In this document: in pieces, positions 1 through 10,801 of the stretch
Numbering within the stretch: the stretch's first letter is position 1
How the letters are laid out: every line of letters starts with the position of its first letter
Assembly (NCBI GenBank): GCA_002245135.1
Contig: NGBS01000324.1
Coordinates: forward strand, 44,048 to 64,047
DNA: 20,000 nucleotides
DNA from: Proteromonas lacertae
Lineage: Eukaryota
Direction of reading: 5' to 3'
Notes under the pieces: generated by a model
Database searches by the model: none
What the model was told of the DNA's origin: nothing
Seen by the model: only the letters and a program-made list of their open reading frames with translations
Made by a program: the position numbers and the translations under genes

Positions 1-2202
1 GCTATCTGTATCCCACCAGATCATGATTTTAGAATGATGATTGTCAACCAAATGTGTCAAGATATGCAATCAAAATCCCAATTAAATAGTTTAACTGGAT
101 TAGCTGCTTGTCGTACATTATGTGTGAATAGTTTCATCGCAATCTTACAACCACCTGTTTTAAAGCTATTAACATCAAAAGAAGAACTTATTAGAAAGAA
201 GGCTGTGATGTGCTTACATAGATTCTTACAACTCGAACCAACTGCATTAGAAAACAACCAAACTGAAATTCGTAAAGCATTATGTGATTCAGATCCATCT
301 GTAATGGGTGCAACACTAAATATTATCTACGATTTAGCAAAAATTGATCCAGTTCCGCAAAAGGATTTAATACCATCTTTAGTAAAGATATTATCTCAAA
401 TCCGTGAACATAAATTACCTGCTGATTACGATTATCATAGAATACCAGCACCATGGATTCAAATCCAAATATTACGTATATTTGGATTGTTAGGAGCTGC
501 AGATCAAACTAGCAGTGAAAAGATGTATAATATATTAGCTTTAGCTATTAAGAGAAATGAAATTGATTGTAATATTGCTGATGCTATACAATATGAAGCT
601 ATTAGAACAATTTGTAAGATATATCCCAATGATACTTTATTAAAATCAGCTGCTGAAGCAATTGCACGATTTATATCATCTAAGAGTAATAATTCTAAAT
701 ATTTAGGAATTAATAGTTTATCTTACATTGTTAAAGATAATCCTCAATATGTTGCCAACCATCAAAGTACTGTAATGGATTCATTAGAAGAGAAAGATGA
801 TAGTTTAAAGTTAAGAGCATTTGATTTACTATTCCAAATGTGCAACTCTAATAATCTTAATGTTATTGTTGAAAGAATGTTGAATTATCTACAACAAAGT
901 ACTGATGAGTTTATTCGTAAAGATATTGTTCAACGTATTGCTGATATGGCTGAGAGATTCTCACCAGATCCAAGTTGGTATATTACTACTATGACACAAC
1001 TTTTCCAATTAGGTGGAAATACATTGACTATTGATTTAGCTAATAATATGTTAAGTATCTTAGCTAATGGTGTTGGTGATGATGAAACTGATGTGAAGTT
1101 ACGTACTGATGCTGCTACTGCCTATTTACAATTATTAGATAAACCAAAGTTACCAACAGTTGTTGAAGAATTAACAGCTTGGATTGTGGGTGAATATGGT
1201 CATTTAGCTTATGAAAATAGTGCTTCAGTTGCTATTGAAAAGATTTGTGATTTGTACGATAGAGAAGGTAATGATAGTGTAAAAGGATATTGTTTAACTG
1301 CTTTAGCTAAATTAGTAGTATCAAATGGTGGAGAAACTGAAAGATTAAGAGAATTATTAAATAGATTAATGTCTGTACAGAATGTAGATTTACAACAAAG
1401 AGTTGTATTAATTGAAGGTATTTTGGCAAACATGTCTCAAGCTATTAGTGCATTAACGCCAGGTATTACTAATGAAGTATCTGTTGATAAGAAACTATCA
1501 TTTGCTGATAATTATGTACAACAATTAAGAGATAATGGTGCAAAAGAATATGAACCACCAGCTATCTTAGATTTAGAAGATGAAGAGAAACAAGCTGAGT
1601 TGAACTTTGATGCTTATGCTAAACCAGATATACCAATTCCAATGAATGCTCCTATTAACAGACATATTGCTGTAAAAGAAGGTCAAGTTACTATGAAATC
1701 AATTTCTGAAGCTAAAAGACAAGCTAATGTACAGAAAGGTATTTCTAAAGAGAAAGCTGTTCCAGTATTAAGAGAACCAGCTGCTCCTAAACAACGTAAT
1801 GCTGGTTTTGGATCTGTTGGTGGTACATTCTCTTTGCAAGCATTACAGAAACCAGCTGCTGCACCTGTAGCTGCTCCTGCTGCTGTTGCTGAAGAACCAC
1901 AAGAAAGTGGTAGTGTAGATCCATATGCTGATCAAGGATATGATGATACTGGTGCTGAAGCTGATGTATATAGTGAACCAGCTGTTGATCAACGTGAACA
2001 AGACGCAGCTGCCTTATTTGGTGGTGTAACTACAGCTGCAGCTCCAAAGAAGAAAGTTGTTAAGAAGATTGTGAAGAAGGTAGTGAAGAAAGTTCCAGCT
2101 GGTGGTGCTGCTAAATCTCCAGCTGCAGCTGCTCCCGCTGCCTCTGCTGCTGCACCTGCCGCTCCAGCTGCACAAGATCCATTTGAATTCAATTTCTTTT
2201 AA
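1..2202 (+). CDS. AP4E1: AP-4 adaptor complex subunit epsilon (adaptin N-terminal trunk plus low-complexity tail); 5' end lies upstream of the window
   Basis: Frame 1 is open from base 1 (AICIPPDHDFRMMIVNQ...) to TAA at 2200-2202, with no intron needed. Motifs recognised as epsilon-type rather than gamma-type adaptin: KLPADYDYHRIPAPWIQIQILRIFGLLG, KYLGINSL, LKLRAFDLLFQMCNSNNLNVIVERML, AERFSPDPSWYI, AWIVGEYG, VDKKLSFADNYV..NGAKEY, LNFDAY. Confidence 0.92.
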   Translation, partial: AICIPPDHDFRMMIVNQMCQDMQSKSQLNSLTGLAACRTLCVNSFIAILQPPVLKLLTSKEELIRKKAVMCLHRFLQLEPTALENNQTEIRKALCDSDPSVMGATLNIIYDLAKIDPVPQKDLIPSLVKILSQIREHKLPADYDYHRIPAPWIQIQILRIFGLLGAADQTSSEKMYNILALAIKRNEIDCNIADAIQYEAIRTICKIYPNDTLLKSAAEAIARFISSKSNNSKYLGINSLSYIVKDNPQYVANHQSTVMDSLEEKDDSLKLRAFDLLFQMCNSNNLNVIVERMLNYLQQSTDEFIRKDIVQRIADMAERFSPDPSWYITTMTQLFQLGGNTLTIDLANNMLSILANGVGDDETDVKLRTDAATAYLQLLDKPKLPTVVEELTAWIVGEYGHLAYENSASVAIEKICDLYDREGNDSVKGYCLTALAKLVVSNGGETERLRELLNRLMSVQNVDLQQRVVLIEGILANMSQAISALTPGITNEVSVDKKLSFADNYVQQLRDNGAKEYEPPAILDLEDEEKQAELNFDAYAKPDIPIPMNAPINRHIAVKEGQVTMKSISEAKRQANVQKGISKEKAVPVLREPAAPKQRNAGFGSVGGTFSLQALQKPAAAPVAAPAAVAEEPQESGSVDPYADQGYDDTGAEADVYSEPAVDQREQDAAALFGGVTTAAAPKKKVVKKIVKKVVKKVPAGGAAKSPAAAAPAASAAAPAAPAAQDPFEFNFF

Positions 2203-2314
2203 ATGAATATATAAAGAAATATACATATTTATGCTTTTAATGATGTTTTTTTTAAAATTTGTATATTTTCTTAAATAGCTAAAACAACAATGGAGAGAAT
2301 AACAAAAAATATGA

Positions 2315-4512
2315 TTACTCATTGTCATAATTTAAGTATTTTCTATAGTTCTGTCTAAACTCTTTTCTATATTTAGCATTTGCTTGTTTAAATTTCTCTA
2401 AAATTGTATCTTCACTTACCTTCTGTTTCTTAATATCTTCTTTCTCTTCATTTATCAATACTAACTTGTTCTTTTGTGGTCTTACTGGATTACAAGCAAT
2501 ATTAAATAAACATAAAACAGTTTCCACAAGATTACAGTCATTTTTAAAGTAAATTTCAAATTTTCTTTCAAATTTCATTAATATAAAGCAAATAATTCCA
2601 TAGAACAAATCTCTAACTGAAATATTCTTATTACACAATAAGCCATTGATATAAACTATTGATTCTAAACTAAAATGTAAATTGTTCATTATTCTTTGCA
2701 TTTCATTTGTCAGAACTTCCAATGTAATTTCCTCATGATTATTATTAATATGTAAAACATTAATAAAAGCTGTAACTTCATTATTTAAATCAGACATATG
2801 ATTTGTACTTCTAACATCTGTACATGGTAAATAAATGGATTTTGATATTTGCAGTATTTGATCTAATAAAACGTTAAATTTCTTTGAACAAACATCATAT
2901 GAATCATGTTCATTTATAATCAATGGTAAATATGTAATAATCAATTCTTGAAGGGATATTTGGTAAATTGAAGGTAATTTGGGTATATTAGCCAGGACTG
3001 AAGATAATATCTGTTTAAAATCATTTGGAGTATAGTGTAAAAAATGAACATTCAATTCAGCGAGTGTATTGAACTTATCATCTAATTTATTCTGATAAGA
3101 ATCAATTTTATTTAATTCTTTATCACTTACTGTGAATAATATATAAATTGGTGGTTTAAATTGATTATATGAAGATTTATTGATATAATAATCATTCAAC
3201 TGCCTAAGTACTGATTCAATTGATGAAAAATCATACTATTTGATCAATAGATAACATAATATTTATATACAATATCATTAAAGTGATGTAAATAAATAAT
3301 TGAACAATTCCCATTCATTTCATTTTCATAAATACTTGTAAATGGAACTACATTTAATATTATTCTTAATTTGTCTTTATAATCATCAACCAATTTAAAT
3401 GAATCTATATAAGAAATAAATAGATATAGTACATATATACTATTGATATTATCAAAATATATATTAAACTGTTCAGAAACATTACTTATCAATTGTTCAT
3501 ATTTCTCACAATTATATTTGTTTGCTATATGAGTAAATAGCAATTTACATCCGTAAGTAATTAAATATGGATTTCTTTCAATGAATTCTTCTGTAATGAG
3601 TTGTTTAATATTAATCTGTGGTAATTCTTTTATTTGAATTGGATTTGGTATTGGAATAATCACATTATTATTATGATTTATGAATTGGTTTTGGTTGAGT
3701 ATTTGTGTGAAATTAATTTCTGTTGATGTTGATGTTAGACTCTTTACAATTCTTTTATATTTCACATAATCAAGAAGTTTATAAAAGTAATACTTTTCAA
3801 TTTTTATTATTTGTTTTTCAATAAAATTCTATTCTCATTATAACAATAGTAATATATATACTTTAACTATTTTTCCTTTTAGTTTCTTCAATTGTTTCTT
3901 TTTCTCTTCATATTCACACTTTTTATTCTCATTTTCTCTATATCTTGATTCTTTTTCTTTCTTTACATATTCTCTCCATTTTACAAATCTGTATCTCAAT
4001 TTGAAAGTATTTATTACATTTATTCCTATTATTACCATTTCATTCTCTATTAGTTCATTATATATAGATTTATAAATTAATCTTTGCTTAATATCATTCA
4101 ATTCTTCTCCTTTATTAATAATACTTCTCCTTTTTGGTGTTTCTACTTGATTTGATGGTGGAAATGAAACAGAAATATTATTGTTTTTGTTTGGACTAAC
4201 AATAGTTTGATGTGGTATGTAGATATTACTCTTTTCAGGTGATAATACATTCTTCTTAGTCTCTGGACTATTATTATTGACTTGATGAGGTGGAGTAAGT
4301 AATATATTATTATTATTATTATTATCAGTTTCAGTATTATTTAGATGAATAGTAGGAGGTGTTAAGAATGATATATTTGAAGGAGTTTGAAAAATATTTG
4401 TTGAAGGAGTATTTGTAGTTGTGGTAGTAGTAGTAGTAGTAGATGATTGTGGAAATAATGATGTTGTATTATTATTTATTGGAAATAGTGGTGGTGGTGG
4501 TGGTGGTAATGG

Positions 4513-4546
<34 letters not shown>

Positions 4547-7378
4547 GATAAATTACTCATATCAACAACAGAATCTCTTCTCTTTCTTGTGGATGACAAT
4601 GAAGAGAGTGAAGGAAGTGTAGTAGGAGGAGGTAAAGATTCATCTGATAATTTATAATTGTTAATATTATTATTCTCATTAGTTATCTGTTTCTTTTGTT
4701 TCAGTTTCTCCATTAGTTTCTCTGATATTGGATTAGTGTAATTTGGTAATGTTTGTGGTAAATTATAACTCTGAATTCTTCTACTACCATAATATAAAAT
4801 ATCTCTTCTTGAAATATCTGATGTTAATGATAATAGATAAGGTGAAGGATACATTGGAAATGAAAATGAAGGGATTTCATATTTCGTATTTTTCTATTCA
4901 AATGTATATAAAATAACATAATTATACACCAAAAAATATCTTATCATTATCATTCAATTCTAATTTATAATATTTCATAAATCTTTCAAATTCATTATCA
5001 TCTTCTATTCCAAATATTTTCTTAATTTCATTTATCTCATATTCTGAACCTGTTCCTTGACATAAAGTATTAATCGTTTTATTTCTCACTAATTTAATAT
5101 ATATATATATATATATATACTTATAGGATAAAATCTTCTCAATAAACATCCAAACAAAAATGGAACTTCAAATATCAACTTAAAGAAATGATTATAATCA
5201 TTCAATTTAATATATTTATATAATTTAAAAAATGCTTTAATATTAGGATCAGATAAGCAATCTTTTGGTATTTTTGATGAACTAAATGTCAATTCAGCTA
5301 CTGAAGAACTATCACCACTTTCTGTTGTCCTCATTAAACGTAACAACAAGAAATAAGCTCTAAATTCAGCTTCATAAGGTGAAAACAACTTCGGATCATG
5401 TCTTATTCTCATATCATCATATAAATCTAATAATTGACTTAAACAAGCATTCAATTGTTCCATATTCTGTTGAGAACTATAAACATTAGTTACACCACCT
5501 CCTTTGCTACTATTGGAATGACCTTCACCTAAATAATTCAACTCATGATCACAGATTATATGATATCTACTAATATACTCAAATATTCTAATAACATCAT
5601 TACTATTCCTACATCCTTTATTGTATTGTTGAGAGGTACAATCCATTCTTATAGCTCTTGTTCTATCCCACAAATAATTATATATTTCTAATAATGATAT
5701 TGTTCTTCTATTCATATATATATATATATATATTAATATACTCAGTATTAAATCTTGGATCACTTCCTAACTTATCTCTATCAATAATATTATTCAATAT
5801 ATATTCCATTGTTTTTAATAATACATCAGGAGTTCTAATCTTATTAAGATCATCTGTATAATTATTATCTGCTGCACTTCTTACAAATTTCTTTATAATC
5901 ATATCTTCTAAATGTAATTCTTTACCAGTTATTAAGTCTTTTATGTTTGGATGAGGTCTTTCTAAGATATGTAATTTATCTGAATCTGCTGCTGTTACTA
6001 TACCTGGATCTTGATCATAATTAGATTTTCTATTTTCCATTTCTTCTCTTGGACACATCGTTGTACATTTACCATCAACGTATTTGTTATTTTCAGTTTC
6101 ATTTATTAGAGTATAATGATTTATTGGTGATGGGATTGGATAATTTGGATCTGTTTTTATTATATTTGGATTATAAGTTTGAGTAGGTTTGATTGTGGAT
6201 GTTAATTCTTCTTCTTCTTTCTCTTCTTGTTTTAGTTTTTGTTGTCTTGTCAATACTTCATTATTATTATTATTATTTGTAAATGTTTTAATTGGTTTAG
6301 TATTACTAATCATTTCATGATAATTATTATCTTCTGATTTTGGTTCAAATATTTCGGTATTATTTCTTGTAAACGTCTTGGTAGTTGTATTAAAAGAATT
6401 AATAGTAGTAGGAAAGGCAGAAGTATTAGCATTAGCTGTATTTGAATTGTTATTGATTGGGAATGTTGGAAATACAGATGGTGTTGTTGTTGTATTTATT
6501 ACTGATGAATTACTAATTGGATTACTACCGAAAACATTCTGTTTTGAAAATGTAGAAGATGCATTGGAATTGAAAATATTATTATTAGCGAATGGAAACT
6601 GTTGTTGTTGAAGTAGTGGTTTATCATTACTATTACCAAATGGAAATTGTATTATTTCAATTTGCATATCAGAAAAGTCATCATTCATTTTCTTTCTAAT
6701 CTTAATTTCACCATTATTATTATTATTATTAGCAGTAGTATTACTAAATGGTGGAGTAGGAGAGATAGTTTGTGGTGGAGTTGGAATTGGTCTAATTTTC
6801 TGATGGAAAACAATTGGAGGTTTTGATACTTTTGGTTGGCTTGTAGTATTTATAAATGGATTATTATTATTATTTGTATTTGAATGAAATGGAAATGATG
6901 AAGATGATGGTATTACTTGAGGAGATTGTTGAGGAAATACAACATTAGTTATAGGTGCATTGATCTTTTGCTCAATTGGCTTTATTGGATCATCTATGTG
7001 TTGAAATTGACAGTTAGGGTTTGTACAACCTTTTGGAGTATTATAATACTTACATCTCATTTGTGAATCATTTTTTATTTTATTACTAAATTTCACATCC
7101 ATACCCTTTTCTTTAGCTAAATTTAATGCTTTTGCAGTAGATTCCTTTCAATAATAACTAAAAAATATAGATATACCTTATCTGCGAATTCTATCATAGC
7201 TCCGGTGTTATGGCTTATCATCTTCATATTTGTTTTATTAGAAGAAGCGAATAATGTACTAAAATTACAGTGAAACAAAAAAATACTTCAAAGCTGCCTC
7301 AGATGCATATTCTGTTGGAAGATTGTGTATACTAATTGTATCTAAATATAATAGTAAGTTATGAAAAATACTAGACAT
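2315..7378 (-). CDS. SAC3: SAC3/GANP-family mRNA export factor (TREX-2 scaffold), 9 exons, 1601 aa: RRM-like domain, CCCH zinc finger, Phe/Asn-rich low-complexity region, SAC3/GANP-PCI domain, low-complexity linker, centrin-binding-like helix, C-terminal region
   Basis: Exons on the minus strand: 7378-7372, 7341-7287, 7258-7177, 7144-5742, 5707-5121, 5088-4928, 4893-3862, 3828-3271, 3235-2315. They total 4806 nt and stay in frame across GTAT..AG introns of 30, 28, 32, 34, 32, 34, 33 and 35 nt. SAC3/GANP motifs: GKCTTMCPREE, IKKFVRSAA, IRTPDVLLKTMEYI, YNYLWDRTRAIRMD, FEYISRYHI, EAEFRAYFLL. CCCH finger: CKYYNTPKGCTNPNCQFQH. The first three and last two exons are supported by splice and frame logic more than by recognised homology. 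Confidence 0.88.
4424..4545 (-). repeat. Coding trinucleotide repeats in SAC3 exon 7: (CAA)11 poly-Gln at 4513-4545, followed by CCA-rich poly-Pro and ACT-rich poly-Thr tracts
   Basis: Directly visible on the + strand as (TTG)11, (TGG)n and (TAG)n runs; translation SQ11PLPPPPPP...SSTTTTTTTTTN. Confidence 0.95.
5097..5119. repeat. (AT)n microsatellite forming most of SAC3 intron 5 (5120-5089)
   Basis: Perfect AT alternation over 23 nt inside a 32-nt intron. Confidence 0.95.
5714..5733. repeat. (AT)10 microsatellite inside SAC3 intron 4 (5741-5708)
   Basis: Perfect AT alternation inside a 34-nt intron. Confidence 0.95.
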
Positions 7379-7465
7379 CTTATTCACTTCAAATGATGAA
7401 AATTAATAATACTTAACGAATATATTTTTAGAATCAATTATTTAAAATCTTTTCTTATTTCTATA
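7379..7465. promoter_or_regulatory. Putative bidirectional promoter and 5' UTR region between divergent SAC3 and EXO84
   Basis: Only 87 nt separate the inferred start codons (7378 on -, 7466 on +). No specific promoter motif identified; the call is positional. Confidence 0.6.
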
Positions 7466-9600
7466 ATGGATGGAAGAAAGCATGAAGTCTTAAGAAAAGC
7501 TAAGCAACAGTTTGGAGTACAGAATTTTAATGCTGATCAATACTGTGAAACCTATTTCGAAGAGAATCCAATCGATAACTCTGCTATACAAATTCAAGAT
7601 CTTAAAAATCAAAAAGTATGTATTGATTGTTAATGTTTTATATAGAGTGCTACCGCCGAAGCATTAAAAGAAAGTGTTTATCACGATTATAAAGAGTTTA
7701 TACACAGTACAATGGAGATTCAACATCTTGAGAGTGAAATATTAGAAGTGAAACATCATTTAGCAGATGCTGAAGGTTTGTTGAGAAATATGCAAGTATA
7801 AATAGATTAGAGGTGTATATTTGTATATTTTATAGACTATACAATTTGGCATACAATTAGTGAGCAAAACAACAGAAGATGAAGAAAAAAGAGAAAGTAA
7901 AGACGATTTAATTCCAGATTCTTTGTTATGGCTTGCAGAAGTACCAGATGATATTGATACTCAAATATATAAAGTATAAATACATTTTTATGTAATAAAA
8001 TAGCGTCGTTATGAACCTGCTGTTAATTTAGTTGAAAAAGCTCGAGAAGCAATAAGAGACACACAAATGACACCTGGAATACAAAAAATAGCAGAAAAGA
8101 TAAGTAATAGTGCAAATGAATTATCAAATGTCTTAATGAAAGATCTATCCACACAAACTGATCCAGCAGTTATACGTAGATGTGTGAGACAATTAATAGC
8201 ACTTCATAAAGGAAAAGTTGCACAATCATTATTTTTAAAGAATGCATCAAGTACAATAGAAAAAAGTATAAAGTCATTACCATTAAGTAAAGATTTTGTT
8301 ACATATATGGAAGAATATACAAGAGTTACATTTGAAACAATAAAAGTATTCATTTATTTATTTATAATTATATATATAGTCTACAGCTGATTCATTTAAT
8401 TCGTTATTTGCCAATGATAATCCACGTAGTTTATCAGCATTTATAGTGTGGGTAACACAAGAAATAGATTTTTTTTGTAAAGCTTTAATAATGAAGACAT
8501 GTGGTAGTAACTCAGCGTTATTGCCACGAGATGATTTTGTAAGATTTACAACCTGTGTTAAGAATAGTTATAAGATAATAAGTGAATTAGAAAAATCGGG
8601 TTTGACATTTACATTCCATTTTACTAATACTTTACAAAAAGAGATTAAAACAATTGTTACTAATTATTTCTCTAGTTTTAAAGTTACCATAAGTGAAGCA
8701 ATAGAAAATGAGAATTGGAATATTAAGAGGTTTAAAATAGAAGAAGAGCAGAAAGGAGTAATGATCAAAAGAAATATTTTCTTAACAGATTGTGGACAAA
8801 TAATCTATGAAATAGTAAATAATCTTGCAATTGATTTACAGAGGTTAGCAATTGGTAATTTAAGTCGAAGTTTACATCAGAGTGTTTTACCTGGTTTAAT
8901 GAGTATATTAAAATCATTTTTCAATTATATTACTAAACATATTGATGATAATAATAATGGCAAGAAGAAAAAGAGTAGTAATGATGATAATGATGATGAG
9001 AATATTGCTTTAATTACTAATTTATATTATTTATCACATGATTTAGTGAAAAGAGTAACAACTTGTTTAACAAGTTTTGGCTTGAATACTAATAATGATT
9101 TTAAACATTATTGTGATGATGTGATTGGATATTATAATGAATTTTCGAAGAAATTCTGTAACACCAAATCATCTGCATTAATGAAAGATTGGACACCTAA
9201 AGATTATGTGTTTAAGAATACAATGCCTGAAGGTAAAGGTTGGACATCTCGAGCTTTAGCTATACAGAAGATGGTTATACAGATAAGAGAGACTTTATGT
9301 AAATACATAGGCGATGAAGAAGGATATAGACTAGTAACAATTATGTGTGATAATATTTTACATATTTTTGATCAGCATAAGGATTGGAAAGAGAAACCTG
9401 TAAAAAATAGAGAAAGCTTACATACTTATCTACTTGATGTATATTTAATATATAATATAACTCGTGATTTTACTAAAGATAAAACGGATGATTTATTAAA
9501 TGCTGAACAAATGGCTATTGATGCTGTAAAGGAAGAAGATGAGGATGTTGAATTAGAAAAAGATGCTTGGTTTAGTAAAAGACTTCCTTATCAACAATGA
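7466..9600 (+). CDS. EXO84: Exocyst complex component Exo84 (EXOC8), 5 exons, 666 aa
   Basis: Exons 7466-7615, 7646-7795, 7836-7973, 8004-8345 and 8380-9600 total 2001 nt, joined by phase-0 GTAT..TAG introns of 30, 40, 30 and 34 nt. N-terminal Vps51-like segment: FNADQYC...LKESVYHDYKEFIHSTMEIQHLESEILEVKHHL. Exo84 helical-rod motifs: WLAEVPDDIDTQIYKRRYEPAVNLVEK, RRCVRQLIALHKGKVAQSLFLKN, SAFIVWVTQEIDFF. Confidence 0.88.
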
Positions 9601-9721
9601 AGTTTATATTAAAACAGACTTTATATCTATAATTAATGTTTAATTAATCTCATTTTTGTTTATGGTGTTATAGAATAGAATTTATCCCATAATCAAAATA
9701 ATAATAATAACTTCATTGTGT

Positions 9722-10108
9722 TTATACTCTCACTCCATCCTTTTTAGCTTCCATACCTCCTTTATCAACTTCTTTCTTCACTTCTTTATCTAATTTGTTC
9801 TGCTTCTTCTTTCTACTTGTAGCTTTTTTAACTGATATTTTTTCTACAAATCGACAATAAACACATCCACAAACTATCAATAATACAGCTACACCTGCTA
9901 TTACAAGTCCTATTATCAAACCTACATTTGTTCCACTTCCACTATCTTCGGCTGGTACATAAGAAGTTGGATGAATCAATTCACCTGTTGAATAAACTGA
10001 AATTAAATCTTGAGAGAAGAATCCATTGTAATTATTCACTATATAACTGTTCATTTGTCTTTGATATTCTTGAAAGTTTTTATAATGCCACGAAACTTGA
10101 TCTTTTAT
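9722..10108 (-). pseudogene. C-terminal fragment of a single-pass membrane protein (Ser/Gly linker, TM helix, Lys-rich tail); probable gene remnant, possibly a small real gene
   Basis: The frame is open 10108-9722: ...AEDSGSGTNVGLIIGLVIAGVAVLLIVCGCVYCRF...KKDGVRV*. It is closed upstream by TGA at 10111-10109. No signal peptide and no GTAT..TAG intron rescues the frame, and upstream sequence has stops in all frames. Confidence 0.55.
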
Positions 10109-10484
10109 TCAAAGTTCCTAATTGTAAAGTCTGCTATCTATAGCTATATCCATTTGTTTGTTTCATTACAAGGACTACATTATCTGTTGATAAAAGAAGT
10201 ATAAGGTGGAGGTTATGAAATTAACTGAATTGATCACTGGTATTATTACATTTTCTTTAAAACTACAACAAATTGAATTACATATTAATAAAATTTTGTT
10301 TTAACATCGTAAAGAATAACGCATTATTTTAATGTGTTTTATACTAGAAGTGCTAAGTTATATTAATAAACAACTTTGCTATAAGTAAAAACTTAAATAA
10401 TCACAATTATTCAGGGTTAAATATTAATAAAAAGAATTATTTAATTGAGAAGTCGTAGTGACAATATAATATTATTATAAAATC

Positions 10485-10727
10485 TTGATTAAGTTATTAA
10501 AAGTAGATATTATTGAGAATTCAACACAAAATCAAGTGATTAGATGCATAAATGTTGGTATGATGGGTAATAGGAATTTAGTTGCTGAAAGCGAAGATGT
10601 AGTGGTAAAAGGAGATAGAAATCAAATAGTAAGTAACAAATCAGTGAATATTTTTGGTAAGACAAACGAATGTAAAAGAAATAAAGAGATATTTTATTCT
10701 AGTCTTAACGATAATGTCCCTCATTAA
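10485..10727 (+). other. Short ORF fragment with three 15-aa periodic repeats (beta-solenoid-like); probable gene relic
   Basis: 10551-10685 translates as NVGMMGNRNLVAESE / DVVVKGDRNQIVSNK / SVNIFGKTNECKRNK, with V2, G6 and N9 invariant. No splice path joins it to the neighbouring genes. Confidence 0.4.
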
Positions 10728-10801
10728 TATAATTTATTTATATATGCCATGCAGATAAATGTCGAATTTTTTGAAAATACTAGTCGTTTTGTGTACACAA
10801 T

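Noticed and set aside
4421..4657. Poly-Cys/poly-Val ORF and other short antisense or alternate-frame ORFs (e.g. 57..257, 1209..1433, 1989..2192, 6378..6611, 14703..14942, 18755..18940)
   Set aside because: Shadows of real coding sequence; the poly-Cys run is the antisense of the (CAA)11 poly-Gln tract.
10759..10801. ATG 10759 (MSNFLKILVVLC...) as the start of the surface protein
   Set aside because: It requires reading through an obvious AT-rich GTAT..TAG intron. ATG 10802 gives a cleaner signal peptide and a phase-1 junction like all the others.
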